A stretch of 63,573 bases of DNA, the filler included, from Folioceros fuciformis (lineage: Eukaryota): the NCBI GenBank assembly GCA_049999805.1. It is 5 parts of 4 records of this genome, joined end to end, with 100 filler letters (N's around TTAATTAATTAA, not from the genome) between each part and the next. Parts side by side here need not be neighbours in the genome. Positions count along the whole stretch, not along the records: positions 28,539 to 44,415 come from JBNGIO010005602.1; positions 44,516 to 52,605 come from JBNGIO010005603.1; 3 more parts are not named here. The stretch is one strand, 5' to 3'. The notes beneath the pieces are model-generated. The model did no database searches. It saw nothing but the letters and a program-made list of their open reading frames with translations, and was not told the origin of the DNA. This document shows, one piece after another, positions 37,371-50,654 of this stretch. Positions within the stretch are counted from its first letter, which is position 1. The number at the start of each line of letters is the position of its first letter. Both the position numbers and the translations under genes were made by a program.

Positions 37371-40025
37371 TGAAGGAACGCTCAAGGAGCTACATGGTGA
37401 AGGAGAGGAGAGAAGGAGGCAAGGAGGAGAGGAGAAAGAGAGGTCACACTCTCACAATAGAGTCCCACATACAAGGGAGCTCAAGGGGGTATTTATACCC
37501 TCTAGAAGAGTTCCCTAGGAAGCTTCACAAGAAGCCCACAGGAAGCTGCACAAGAAGCTTCCTAGAGATTAAGCTAATCTCAACTAATGATACTTAACTA
37601 GACACTAATCTTAGACTAAACACATTAGTCTAGGCACATTGGGCTCCTACAATCGCCCCCTTAAAGGCCAAATTACCTTGATAGGAGAGTGATCTACCTC
37701 ATGCCCATGAGTGTCCGAGCTTGTGCGAATTGCTCCGAAGAGAGCCCCTTTGTGAGAACATCTGCAGGGTTCTGACTGGTGTGAACTTTGACAAGTTGTA
37801 CCCTCTTGTCTTCCAACACCTCTCGAATGAAGTGATACTTCACTTCCACATGTTTGGTCTTCGCATGAAACACTGGATTCTTCGCCAATTGGATAGCACT
37901 CTGGCTATCACAATGCAACACTGGCAGCTCAACCTTGATCCCCAAATCTCCCACTAAACGAGCAAGCCACATGGCTTCCTTGCACGCCTTAGTCGCTGCA
38001 ACATACTCGGCCTCTGTGGTAGATAGCGTTGTGCAGGATTGCAAACGCGATCGCCATGAAACTGCACCTCTAGTGGACATGAAGACATAACCTGATGTGG
38101 ACCTCCTTTTGTCTATATCCCCTGCATAATCAGCATCCGTATAGCCCACGACAGATGCATGTTCACTACCAAAACATAAGCACAAAGCTTTTGTACCATT
38201 CAAGTACCTCATAACTTCTTTCACTGCCTCCCAATGCTTCCTGCCAGGGTTTGACATAAACCTGCTAACCACTCCCACTGCAAAGGCAATGTCAGGACGT
38301 GTAGCAATCATTGCATACATCAAACTCCCTACAGCTGATGAGTATGGAACCTTCTCCATTTCCGCTTTGTCCTCCGCAGAGCTTGTGCAATCCTTGCTCG
38401 ACAGTTTCACATATGGAGGCAACGGAGTACTTAATATCTTCCCCTTCTCCATATTGAAGCGTTGAAGCACCTTGTTAATGTATTCAGTCTGAGACAAGTA
38501 CAGAAAACGCTTCTGTCTGTCTCGACGAATACGCATGCCAAGAATATGGCTTGCCTCTCCGAAGTCTGTAATGTCAAAGCGACCATTCAACTTTAACTTC
38601 AACGTTGAAATCTCATCACTGTTAGTCCCAGCAATTAGCATATCATCCACATAGAGGACCAGAATGAGCAAGCTTCCATCCTTAGCTTGCTTCGTATAGA
38701 GGCAATGATCCTCATCGCTACGCTTGTAGCCTTGAGAAAGCATAAATGAGTGGAACTTGAAATACCACTCCCTGGGTGCCTGCTTCAAACCATAAAGGCT
38801 CTTCTTTAACCTGCACACCAGATTCTCTTTGCCCTTCTCAATGAAACCCTCTGGTTGTTGCATGAATACCTCTTCCTGAAGATCACCATGCAAAAATGCC
38901 GACTTCACATCCATTTGGACAAGTTCCATGTCGAGCCTCGCAACCAGACCAAGAACACATCGCAAGGTGGTCATTTTGACAACCGGTGAGAAAATCTCAT
39001 CAAAGTCAATACCTTGCTGTTGCTTAAAACCCTTCGCAACCAATCGTGCCTTGTACTAGGGTTTGCCATAATGGGGTATGTCCTTCATCTTATACACCCA
39101 TTTGCATGGCAACGCCTTTTTGCCCTTAGGTAACCGAACCAATTCCCAAGTTTGGTTCTTGTGGAGTGAATCCATTTGCGACTGCATTGCCTTCTCCCAC
39201 TTGTCCTTGTCAGTCACTGACATGGTCTCTTGGTAACAAGAGGGCTCCCCACAATCCGTCAGCATGACATAATCAAGAGATGCAACATACCTGCCAGGAG
39301 GACGTGAAATCCTTCCTGACCTGCGAAGTATTGGCGCCTCGACCGGAGCTGGTTGCACTCTCTCCTCTTCTACAAGTGGAGGAACTTGTTCCTGCACATC
39401 ACGACGTTCAACCTACGCAGGACGGTCAAATCCGTCTTCTTGGAAGACCACCCGTCGCACCTCCACAATTGGAGTAGGTTTCTTGTGCATCTTGGTCTCA
39501 TTGAAGAATACGTCATTGCTGCGAACCATCCTCTTGGCTGTTGGATCCCATAGATGGTATCCCATCTCACCAGATTCACCATAGCCAAGAAAAATACATT
39601 TATTGGACTTGGGTGCCAACTTGTCCCGAAACTCCTTTGGAACATGGTAGTATGCCTCGCAGCCAAATACTCGTAGATGCTTATATGACGGCTGGTTTCC
39701 AGACCACATCTCCTCTGGAACCTGTTCATCCACAGCCCTATTAGGAGATCTGTTAAAAAGATGCACCGCAGTAGCCACTGCTTCTGCCCAAAATCTGTTA
39801 GGCAATCCAGAGTTTGATAACAAACTACGCATCCTCTCCTGGATGGTCCTGTTCATCCGTTCGGCCACACCATTCTGGGGAGGAGTATACAGGGCAGTCA
39901 ATTCTCTCCTGATTCCCTTGGAATCACAGAATGACTGGAAAGCCTTCGAAACATACTCTCCCCCATTGTCTGTCCTTAGACACTTCAGTCGCAGGCCAGA
40001 CTGATTCTCCACAAGGGTGACGAAC
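37371..40025 (-). mobile_element. Ty1/copia element H, 3' part; a distinct lineage resembling Tnt1/Tork
   Basis: 3' LTR 37371-37651 (TGTAGGAG..TCCTTCA), PPT 37652-37664, pol 37694-40025 (LRTDNGGEY, IFSPVVKMTT, YVDD, YTDADYAGD). Confidence 0.92.
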
Positions 40026-43000
40026 TGTTAGAGTTTTCTAGAGCGGAGAGCTTGAGAAAATCAGAACAATGGTAGGCAAAAGAATAATACATTACAATTA
40101 ACAAAAATGTTTAAATACGTAAGTAAAGTGTCTCTTCATATTAGGGCTAATTAATCAAGGCTAATTATGGTAAATATATTATCAACCCTAATCTAATGAC
40201 GTGGTTACCAAGACCTCGTAGGTCTCTTAACACACCCCCTTAACCACGACAGACTAACGCAGTTCGGAGGACACGTCATACAGCCACGGTCAAACAAGCA
40301 GCAGGAAATCGCGATTAAATACAGCAAAGGAGCTTCATCCGCGAGAGCCTGATGCGCCTAACGTGAAGCAAGTCAAGAGTCCAAAACCTGTTGAGAGGCA
40401 AAGCCAACATAATCCACAAGCCCCATCTGATCACGAAAGAAAGAATGCTTGGATGTCGGCAAGGCCTTGGTAAGCAGGTCAGCAACATTGAAATCTGTTG
40501 ATACATAAGAAATCTTGACAATTTGCCTTTCAACGGAGTGTCGCACAAAATGATGCTGAATTTCAATGTGTTTTGTGCGGGCATGGAAACGCGGGTTTCC
40601 AACCAAAGCAATGGTAGACTGATTATCACAAAACACCGTTGTGGGTTGTGCTTGTGGAAACAAGAGGCCAGCCAAGAAACTACGCTCCCACTCTGCCTCC
40701 TTAGCAGAGTCTGTAAGAGCCTTATACTCGGCTTCCGTGGAGGACAAGGCCACGGATACTTGTTTCTTTGAGCTCCAATTTACAACAGCTCTAGATAAGA
40801 AGAAGCAGTAGGCTGACAAACTCCGACGGGTTTCAGGGTCTGTGGCCCAATCGGCGTCGGCATACCCAACGAGTGTGAAATTTGAATCAGGTGAGCCAAG
40901 CCGATAGCAAAGACCATAAGTTGAAGTTCCTCTAAGATATCGCATTACACGCTTGACTGCACTCCAATGATCTTTACCAGGTTTTTCCAAAAATTGGGAC
41001 ACTGAACTAACTGCATGTTGAATGTCAGGCCGTGTCCAGCAAGCAATGTAATTAAGGCATCCTACAGCATGCCTGTATGGAACATCCATCATGGCCTGTT
41101 GCTCTTCTTCACTTTGTGGTGACTGCTGTGAGGTCAGCTTAAAACCTACAACCCCTGGTGTGCTAACAGGTTTCGCTTTGTCCAGATTGAAATGCTTCAA
41201 GGTCTCATTGATATATTTAGATTGATGCAGAATAAGAGTCTTATTGCCGCGGTCTCTGATTAGTTGAACACCAAGTACAAAGGTAAGTGCGCCAATATCC
41301 CTCATAGTATATCTTTTGTGAAGCATTTGCTTTACCCAATCCAAGAGCTTGCGATTATCAGAGGCAAAAATAGCGTCATCAACATAAGGCTAAGATGACA
41401 ACATGGCCATCTCTGGAATACAGATAGACATTCACATCAGCAGGGTTCTTGACAAAACCTATGGACTTAAGGTAAGCGTCTATGTTCTTGTACCATTCAC
41501 GGGCACTCTGCTTCAGCCCATAAATTGTCTTCTTGAGTTTACAAACCCACGTAGGATGTTCAGCGTCAACAAATCCTTTAGGCTGCTCTAGGTAAATTTC
41601 CTCCTCGAGCTCACCATACAAGAAAGCTGTTGAGACATCCATTTGTTCCAAGTCCCAATCGCGTGCAGCAGCTAGGGCTAAAATCATTCTGATGTCCACT
41701 GCATTTTGACTACAGGACTGAAAGTCTCAACATAATCTACACCAGCTACCTGCGAAAAACCTCGAGCGACCAATCTGGATTTATACCTAGCTATCTGGCC
41801 TTGAGCATTTAGCTCGTGTTTAAAAATCCATTTACAACTCACGGCCTTCCTTCCAGCAGGTAGGGGGCATAGCTCCCATGTTTCATTTTGTATAAGAGAA
41901 TTATACTCATCTTGTATGGACGGGATCCAATGATCCTTATCCTTACCAGTGACAGCTTCCTGATAACTGTGGGGTTCGGCAGGATGATCTGTACAGGAAG
42001 AGAACACTAGAGATGGGTTTTGTGTCAGCTTGGACGATTTAGGGATTCTAAAATCCACTGACTCATATGGTTTCTTTTGCCACTGATCCCTAGGGTTTCG
42101 GATTCTGCTTGGGTATCTGCGTTCTTCAGTCACTGGGACGGGAGCATGTAAGACAGGGGACTCAGGAACATCAGGAACTGAGGTGCCTGGGGCTTCATCA
42201 ACATCATCATCAGAAGACGCAGAGGAATGAAGAAGATCAGGTGAGTCTTCAACTAAAGGAAATTCGCCTAAGTCATCAATCTGTGCTGCAGGGGGTTCAT
42301 TGTCTTCAGCATAGTCTTCAGCACTTGCATCACTTGGCAGCCCGTGTGTGTCATTTAATTCAGCGGGATCATCTGGCTGGACAAGAGAATGACCTAAAAC
42401 AGGCAAGTCAAGTGGTGCGGAGGAAGATGACGGTGCAGGGGACTGAGAACCACCCCCTGAACCACCAGCAGCAGCAGCAGGAGGAGCACCCCCTGAAAGG
42501 GGAACCATGTAAACATCCTGAGGATACTCCGAAACTTCAAGGTCAAAGTCATCAGCAGGAGAAGAAACAGCCGAAGAGTCAGCAAAATGAGGAACGGCCG
42601 GGCGGGTAAGCTCCTTGAAAGTAACACTGCGAGCAAAGGTGCAGGTACGAGACAGAGGATCATATAATTTGTAGGCCTTGGTCTCCTCACCATAACCCAC
42701 AAAAATGAGAAGCTTTGCCCGGTCGTCAAGTTTCTTGCGTTGTTTCTTAGGGATATAAGCATAAGCCGGTGAGCCGAAAACACGCAAGTGGAGGAGGCTG
42801 GGGCGGCGGTGCCAAATGACCTCAACAGGAGTCCGAGTCTCCACAGAACTAGTAAGAAGTCGATTTAGAATGTATGTAGCCGTGACAACAGCTTCAGCCC
42901 AGTAGGATTTATCCAAACCTGACCACTCCAGCATGCTGCGTGTCATTCCAAGTAATGTCTGATTCCTCCTCTCAGCCACGCCGTTTTGCTGCTGTGTGTA

Positions 43001-44415
43001 GGGGTTTGGAAATGATACAGGAAATGTGTCAGATTTACGCTCAAGAGGGAAAGTCCATGAATAGCGACTGTAGTCATCGGTAAGTGTCAGGTAATAGTGG
43101 GAACCGCCTAAAGAAGGCACTTGAATTTTGCCTGAGATATCTGTGTGCACCAGATCCAAGACGTTGGAAGTACGGTGAGCAACCGTAGCTGGAAAGGGGA
43201 GTTCCTTTTGCTTAGAAAGGACGAGGGAGTCACACAAGGCAAGTTCCTTAAAACAAGTTGCCAGCGGCTCACGATAACAGTCAGTGTTGGACATCTTAAT
43301 AAGTTTGTTCTTATTTGCATGGCCCAAACGGGCATGCCACAATTGTGCTAATTCTGACTGTGTGTAAGCAGCTGCAAAAATGCTGTGAGCAGATTGGCAA
43401 CATATATCTAGGCGATATAAGTCATCAACCAGAAGCCCACAAGCCACTGGACCATCAGCACCTTTATGGGTGAGCATGCAACCATCAGCTGTAAATAGCA
43501 GGTCAAACTGCCCAAGTTTCATCAACTGGCTAACCAAAAGAAGATGCTTTGCCATGGTAGGAACGTAGAGAACGTTGTCCAACTGCAGTGCAGAGCCATC
43601 CTTAAGTCGGAAAGTACATGATCCTGTACCAAGAATTCTCAAACCTGTTCGGGTAAGTTCATCTCCCAACAACACCTTCTCATTAGTATGTGTTGGAGAA
43701 AAGTTACTAAGCAAGTGACGATTATGGCAAATATGGGTTGTGGCACCCGAATCCAAATACCAAGAATCTGGCTCACAGATTGTGTTGGAATGGCAGACGG
43801 TCATCACAACTGGCTGCTTGCGAGAAGAAGAGGTCGGTGAAGACCTGTCCTTGGAAACTGAGTGGGCCTCAACCGTTTTCTGGGGTTTCTCGGCCTTCCT
43901 CGGTTCTCCATTTTTCTTCTTCTTGCATTTGCGCTCCCAATGCCCTGGAAACCCACACCAGTTGCAGATCGTTTTCCTTGCCCTGGCTTGGATACACCAA
44001 CACCAAGTATATTCTTAATTTTCCCTTGTGGTTTGTTCTTGTTAGAATACAGGACCTTATCAGCTTTTGTCTTTCCTGGTGTATGCATACTGCGACTTTG
44101 CTCTTCCTGTAGAAGGGCACCAACAATATCTGTGAAGGATATGTTGGGTACTTGTCCAGCAGCAGCAGCTTGTTGGGCAACACAAAGAGCTGCCCCATAG
44201 CTTGAAACGAAGGACGGATAACTATGGGGAAGACTAGTTAGAAGTTGAGCCACAGCGTCAACCTCGCCCAGCTGAGAACCAAGTGAGATCAGCTGTGATC
44301 TCAAGTGTCTGAACTTAGCCACGAAGGTGGCTACTTTCTCTCCCTCCTTCATCCGTAATGAGAAGAGTTCCCCACGTACTGTGCACAGTGTAATGATATT
44401 CCTCACATCATAAGT
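40026..44415 (-). mobile_element. Ty1/copia element J inserted in the H integrase; 5' end lost in the gap
   Basis: 3' LTR 40026-40232 (TGTTAAGAG..CTCTAACA on minus), PPT 40233-40242, gag-pol 40373-44415 with WYLDSGATTH, RT and RNase H motifs. Confidence 0.93.
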
Positions 44416-44515
44416 NNNNNNNNNNNNNNNNNNNNNNNNNNNNNNNNNNNNNNNNNNNNTTAATTAATTAANNNNNNNNNNNNNNNNNNNNNNNNNNNNN
44501 NNNNNNNNNNNNNNN

Positions 44516-45741
44516 CTTCTCTATCTTTCCCATTGCGCATGCTCCTCCCCTAGAGGCTGGCTCAGCCACCAAGGGTGAACAGTTGCAGGGGAAGACTAGC
44601 GGGCGACCATCCAGCAAGGAAGAGGCGGCGTCCGCAGATCTTTGAAGATCGGACATCCTCCGAAGTCTGTGGATAGTCTAAGAGGTGGTAGATCCTTGTG
44701 GTGGTAGGGCCAGAAGCCCATTGGTGGCAGGTTGTGCTAGAAGTCTAGATAAGTGGCTGGTGACAGCCGGCTAGGCTATTAAAATAATATTTCTCAAGTT
44801 AGAGAGAGGTGAAGTCAGAGAGAGAGAGAGATAGGCTCCTATAAGATCAGGTGAGCCTGTAGGAGGAGGGAGTCATTCACTTTTGGGAGTCAGTCTATCT
44901 CTTTGTGAGCTCTTGGAGGTCCTTTCTTCATGAGCTCTTGTGGTCTGTCCCTGCTTGGTCTAGGACCTGCAGTGTGTTGCCGGCTGTGCAACGTCTGGTA
45001 GGATCGCAAGCCGTGTGTTGCCGGCTGTACAGTGTCTGGTAGGATCGCAGGCAGCGTGTTGCCGGCTGTACAGTGTCTGGTAGGATCGCGGGCAGCGTGT
45101 TGCCGGTTGTATAGTGTCTGGTAGGATCACAAGGTGTAATGACCAGGGTGTAGGGGCTTGCCCCTAGCTCTTGATTGTAAAGGGTGTGTCTTTCTCTCGA
45201 CCTGTCCACTCTTGTTCCTTGCTTGGTCAAGTGCTGTAGGCCGGCCATGTCTCATGGCGTCTGGTAAGGTTGTGGGGAGGAGATACCCAAGAGGGGAGTG
45301 TGTTCCCTTCGTCCTTTTGTTTGGGGTTAGTCTAGTGACTCGTGCCGGGTAGGAGGAGTCCGTAGGGAAGTGTACAAGGTAGTGGTGTCGTTGCTGGTTG
45401 CTGGTAGTTGTTGGTGTTGGTGCTGGAGCGAGAGAGTGAGTGAAGGAAGTCGCAGATCTGAGAGGTTAGAGTCGTTGTAGTGACTGGAGTGAGTTTGTGG
45501 GCACCGAGAGAGGTGCAGCTGACCGCCGGACAACGAGGCCTGTCCTACGCCTGATCGGAGCTGGAGGGGAGCCCTCGAATCCATCATCGAGTTGATCAAG
45601 TCCGACCCTCCATCCACAGCAGCAAGGAACCCCATCGCTCCTTCGTGGGAACGAAACCCAATGTCTCAACGACAGTGGGATAAGTGTGGCCACTAAAGGT
45701 GGAACCCGTCGGCAATTAGTGCCCGGGGTTTTGCCTCCACA
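44516..45741 (+). mobile_element. Long LTR family N, copy 2, inserted in copia L
   Basis: Same sequence as copy 1, 41-bp array at 44969-45130, ends CCTCCACA, followed directly by the copia linker RPRSEW..YEFVDF. Confidence 0.8.
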
Positions 45742-48485
45742 AGGCCAAGGTCAGAATGGACAGAAGTATCATATGAGTTTGTTGATTTTTGAAAATCAGC
45801 ATGTATGGCAGACTTATCTGTCCCATAAGTGAGGCCTGATCCTTAGTCGTACAATGAAGCCGTCAATGGCCCTGATGGTGATCATTGGAGGGTTAGTACA
45901 AATGAGGAGTATAATAGCTTAATTAAGAACAATACATGGGAATTGATGGACTTACCTTCTGGATGTAAACCCATCACCTGTAAGTGGGTGTTTAAAACAA
46001 AGCTAAAGTCTAATGGCACAATTTCTCGCTATAAGTGTCGACTGGTTGCAAGAGGGTTTAGCCAAATCCCTAGAGTGGATTATGGGGAGACGTTTTCTCT
46101 TGTTGTTAAACCACCATCTATTTGGATTTTACTCGTTATGGCTGCAGAGTTTGACCTTGAGGTTCATCAAATGGATGTTTGTACAGCGTTTCTCCATCGT
46201 GAGCTGGAGGAGGTCCTGTACATGGAGCAGACAAAGGGCTTTGTTAGTACCTAGTGGCCTCAACGAGTATGTAAGCTCCTGAAAACTCTCTACGGATTGA
46301 AACAGATCTCGAGGGCTTGGTATAAACGAATTATGAAGTACCTCAAGCAGAAGGGCTTTATGCAGTGTGGGGCAGACTCCAATGTGTTTTATTTCTCAGA
46401 AGGGGCCGTCTTCGTTATTCTTGCCCTTTATGTCGACGATGCCATCTTGTTGAGTAACAGTAAGTAAGGCAATGTTAAGTAAGGCAAAGGCCTTGCTTCG
46501 AGCAGAGTTTGAGATGATAGACCAAGGAGAATTATAGTTTTGCCTTGGAATTCAGATCCTACGGGATAGGCTTGTTGGAGCAATTATACTACATCAAACC
46601 AAATATCTCAAGGAGATTTTGAAATGTTTTGGTCTTGATGCTGCTCGTCTTGTATCCACTCCCTCAGCAATGGGAGTAAAGCTAATAGCAGACATATCCC
46701 CAACAACTGCTACAGATCTTGCTGACATGCAAGATGTACCTTATGCTGAGGCTGTGGGTTGTCTTATCTTCATTGCCAACTGGACTCGCCCCAATATCTC
46801 CTATGCAATGAGTATTGTTAGTCAATTTCTCAAATGCCCATGCAGAGCTCATTGGGCTGTTGTCAAGAGGATTTATCGATGTCTTAAGGGAACAATTCAT
46901 CTTGGCTTGCATTATACAGCCAATGGACATAAACAGATGGTACTTACCTCTTGGGCTGATGCCGACTGGGCTTCAAATGCCGATACGAGATGGAGCCTTT
47001 CAGCCTATGTGTTGCAACTAGCATCAGGATCTGTAAATTGGTCCTATAAAAAGCAAGCATTGGTAGCGCTGTCAAGTACTGAAGCTGAGTATAAAGCCTT
47101 AACAGATGCTTGTAAGGAAGAGGAGTGGGAGAGGCAATTCCTGGATGGTATTCACTTACCTCAGAAGGAACCAACCCAACTCTTCTGCGATAATGAGTGC
47201 CACTGCCTTGGTCTCGAATCCAAGATTTCATGCACGTACAAAACACATAGAGTTGTATCATCATTTTATACGTGATGCAGCAAAAAGAGGAGTTGTAAAA
47301 GTTGAGTACATACATATAGACAGCAACACTGCCGATGTTTTGACTAAGGGGCTTGTTAAGACAAAGCACTACAAACATGTGGCAGCTCTTGGGTTGAAGG
47401 ATTTTGTTATGCCTACTCCCTCTTCTACAACTTGAGGCCATTACTTGCCCTACGGGAAGGATAAAGAAACCCAAGGACTTGATGTGTTTATTGTCAATTG
47501 GTTAAGGAGGTCTAGACTCCCAACCTGTCCGCTTAAATATCTTCCCGTTGTTGTCCTTCCTGATACAGGCAAATTCAGGTAGTAATAGTTTAGTAGACGA
47601 AGCCAACAAGTTAGAGTACGAAGCATAATTGTCTGCAGTAAACTATATGGTAGCAGTCTCAGTCACTTACCAGTAAACGTGAGTGGGATTATAAGGTTTT
47701 CCACAGTCAACCTCTTCAACGTAACCCATCAGGATTAGCTCCTTCACCAAGTGCTGACACTCTATCTCTGTCAAAGGATGGTTAAGATCCTTAGGATCAG
47801 GCCTGGGAGATAGCAACTCTTGCAACTCATATAGTCTGCAGCTTGACTCCTTTAAGTCCTCTTTCAACTTGTCATACTTCTTCTGAACAACGTGTAGGTG
47901 ACAGAACATGTTCCTGTTAGCCAAAGTCGGTCGTCGCTGAGAATTTGGAAGCGAGGGTTCTTATGTGTCTTTGGTCTTCATCAGACTTGAGCTTGGATGG
48001 CCTATTCCAGGTTGGTGCACAGGAGGTTGCTCTTGGCGAGGTAGAACGCGATTCCTGGTCGGCGCCATCTTGCTGATCAGCGCTACTTCAACTCTGCATG
48101 TTAGAAGTGTGGTGAGCACACATATAAAGACAGTCAGAAATGACTCCATCGCTCATAGCCTTGAAGCCGCACGAGTCAGTGACAATCAGAAGAGTAGGTG
48201 CAACTCTTGAAGAGTGGGAGTAATCACTGCCCGATCTGTTCAGTCGTGGAGAAACCCGTGTAGCCCAAGCGTAACGAGTTTTAATGGTTGTTAATCATTA
48301 ATCTGTGTCTACGTCTAAGTGGGAGTGTTAAGGGTAATAAAAGATATCCTAACACAGATTAACCAGTTATAACCTACTGCTAGTTAGGTTAAAGTGAATA
48401 GACACTTTAGTAAGTATTTAAACATACAGGATTTTGTATTTAGTTAATTCATTCAATGTTTACAACAAGCTGCCGCTTATTATCA
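45742..48485 (+). mobile_element. Ty1/copia element L, 3' part (RT/RNase H 45742-47435; 3' LTR from 48326 to ~48485)
   Basis: YKCRLVARG, YVDD, WADADWA, RTKHIELYHHFIRD; PPT aagtgggag before TGTTAAG; LTR end uncertain. Confidence 0.88.
47667..48068 (-). pseudogene. Antisense accessory ORF of L (~133 codons, one TAA at 47961)
   Basis: MAPTRNRVL...KDT*...RRPTLANRNMFCH...PLTEIECQHLVKELILMGY; homologous to 36458-36868. Confidence 0.78.
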
Positions 48486-49291
48486 CAAAATGATAGCACG
48501 GAGATTGGCATTGCTTGGCGTTGACAATAGGCGTTGCTCAAGGTTCTCTAGGGTTCCAAAGGCATACCCCCCAAGGTCGAGATCATGGTCTGGTGTTTCT
48601 TTCAGGCTTGCTGGTGGCAATCGAAGAAGAGTTCAACCGATTATGTACTGCGGATGTGGCTCAGAAAAATCAACACATCTTCTTTCATTGTGACTATGCT
48701 CGAGCCCTATGGCAGGAGATTAAGCTATGATTGCAAGGCCTTTCCCCAGACGCAAACATCGTCATCACAAAGCAAGTGGCGCTTTTTGGCCTCGATGAGG
48801 CATCTGGTAACCTGCTTCTTCAATTTCAGTGGTGGCTTGTGGTATGGAGCTTGTGTCTTTACAGCTTACAATGTAATAGGACGTCTGGTGTCTATGGGGG
48901 CAAGCCTCCTATGACTACAAGAGCCTTGTTATGGCTAGCCTGGGAACAAATTCTTGTCGCAACTGAAGGTTTAAGGGTGGTAAGTCCTCACAAATTCAAG
49001 CGTAGAGATTGGAGGGTGGGCGGTTTTCTGACCCTTGGGAGAGAAACTCACTGGAACCATACTTGCCCATGGAGTGGGTGACAAAATGAGGGGGGGTGCT
49101 CACGTTCTCTCTTTCTTGAGATTGGGTGCAAGGCTATCTTGCCTCCAAGTCATCGGAAACTGCAGATAGGTGGTCCTTAGTCATGGGGTTCGTGGGTGGC
49201 GAGTCATCCCGAATGGCGTCTTTGTGTCCTCTATGTAACCCCCCTAGCCTGCATGAGGCTATATTAATCCGCTTTTTTCACAAAAAAAAAA
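48486..49291 (+). mobile_element. LINE 3' fragment (zf-RVT-like C-terminus, 3' UTR, poly-A)
   Basis: ARRLALLG..RC..., HIFFHCDYARALW, Trp-rich tail, A-run ending at ~49291. Confidence 0.7.
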
Positions 49292-49683
49292 TGGGAATAC
49301 CGTTTATCTAGAAACGGGAACACCCTTACCTATAAATGGGATTTGAAGTGTTTGCCACAGAAGGTTTGAATGTAGCCCGCAAACTATGGCAATGACGTCC
49401 TTTGAGTTTGGACTCTACCATACATGAGTGTATGTGAGTTGGAAGTCTAGATGAACGACGATGCACATCTATACGAGGTAATGACTATGCGCACATGCCA
49501 CACTCCACCGAGCACATGCGCGTTCCACTGGCTACCGGTGTCAAAGTGGTGGATCACACATGCTTATATTCATAATGTGACGAGTTTTGGGAGTCGTCAT
49601 CCCCACTCTCCTCGATGGTACACGATAATGAACCATAATGCAAACGCACGTATTGGCCCATACATGAGAATGTAACTACTGTT

Positions 49684-50242
49684 TTGCGTGAGATGAGCAA
49701 CGCAACTGGCTTTGGTGAGTTTCTGCAAACCAAGTATCCATCCACTTTGCAGCAGTGGGAAATCTATGGCATGGCAGCCATAGGTTGTGTTGTGAGCTCA
49801 GGGATTTCTTCGCAGATTGCAACGCATGGCTGGAGGGGCCAAGTTGCTTGGGCAAAGATTGTGAGCTCCAGAAAGGAAAGCTTGGCGGCAAGGGTGTCCA
49901 GCAACTCACAACCTGGTGGGGTGCAGCTGGTCAGGGATGATCTGTTGGACCTGATCGTAGGAGAAGAGAGGGGATTGAAGACACAGAAGGATACGCAAAA
50001 GTGGGCACAAATAGTCAAGGCTGCCGATGCTCTAGTAGCGTGGGGAGCTCACACCATTACTACAGATGATTCGCTGATAGCAGCATGGAGGATGTTGTGG
50101 ACTTCTGAAAAGGAGCAGCTCTTTATTGTGGAGATGGCGCCGTTGTTTGGAACTGAAGTGGAGGACATCCTCCAGGTTCGTGCAACATGGTTGGGGCCGT
50201 GCAATGTGCTATGCGTATTGTGCATCGTGCATAGGTGCATAG
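49684..50242 (+). CDS. Unassigned ORF (~186 codons), ending at the next LTR
   Basis: Long open frame with protein-like composition; no motif recognised. Confidence 0.3.
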
Positions 50243-50534
50243 TGTTACAATAATAGTATCCCTAGCATTAATTAGGGCACGATTCACTTGATACGAAACG
50301 ACATGCTACTAAGCGGTTGCGTTCGAAGGCACCACTTTACCAGAACACATAACCTGTACAGACCACGAACGTAATTGATTCTCTTGCTTGCACGCTGATC
50401 GATCACGGATGCATTGAACATTTTCATGGTATCAGAGCAGGTCGCAATCGCGCACCTGCCATCTCTGCCACTCAATCACGACAAATAAACCCAACCATCA
50501 TGCCTGGCTCTAAAAAGAAAGAGCGCAAGCTTAG
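50243..50534 (+). mobile_element. LTR (~50243-50426), PBS (50427-50438), leader and ATG (50500) of an LTR retroelement
   Basis: TGTTAC..TTTTCA followed by a perfect TGGTATCAGAGC; MPGSKKKERKLR. Confidence 0.75.
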
Positions 50535-50613
50535 AATGATTAATAGGGACAGTTGGGGGCATTCGTATTTCATTGTCAGAGGTGAAATTCATGGATTTAT
50601 GAAAGACAAACTT

Positions 50614-50654
<41 letters not shown>

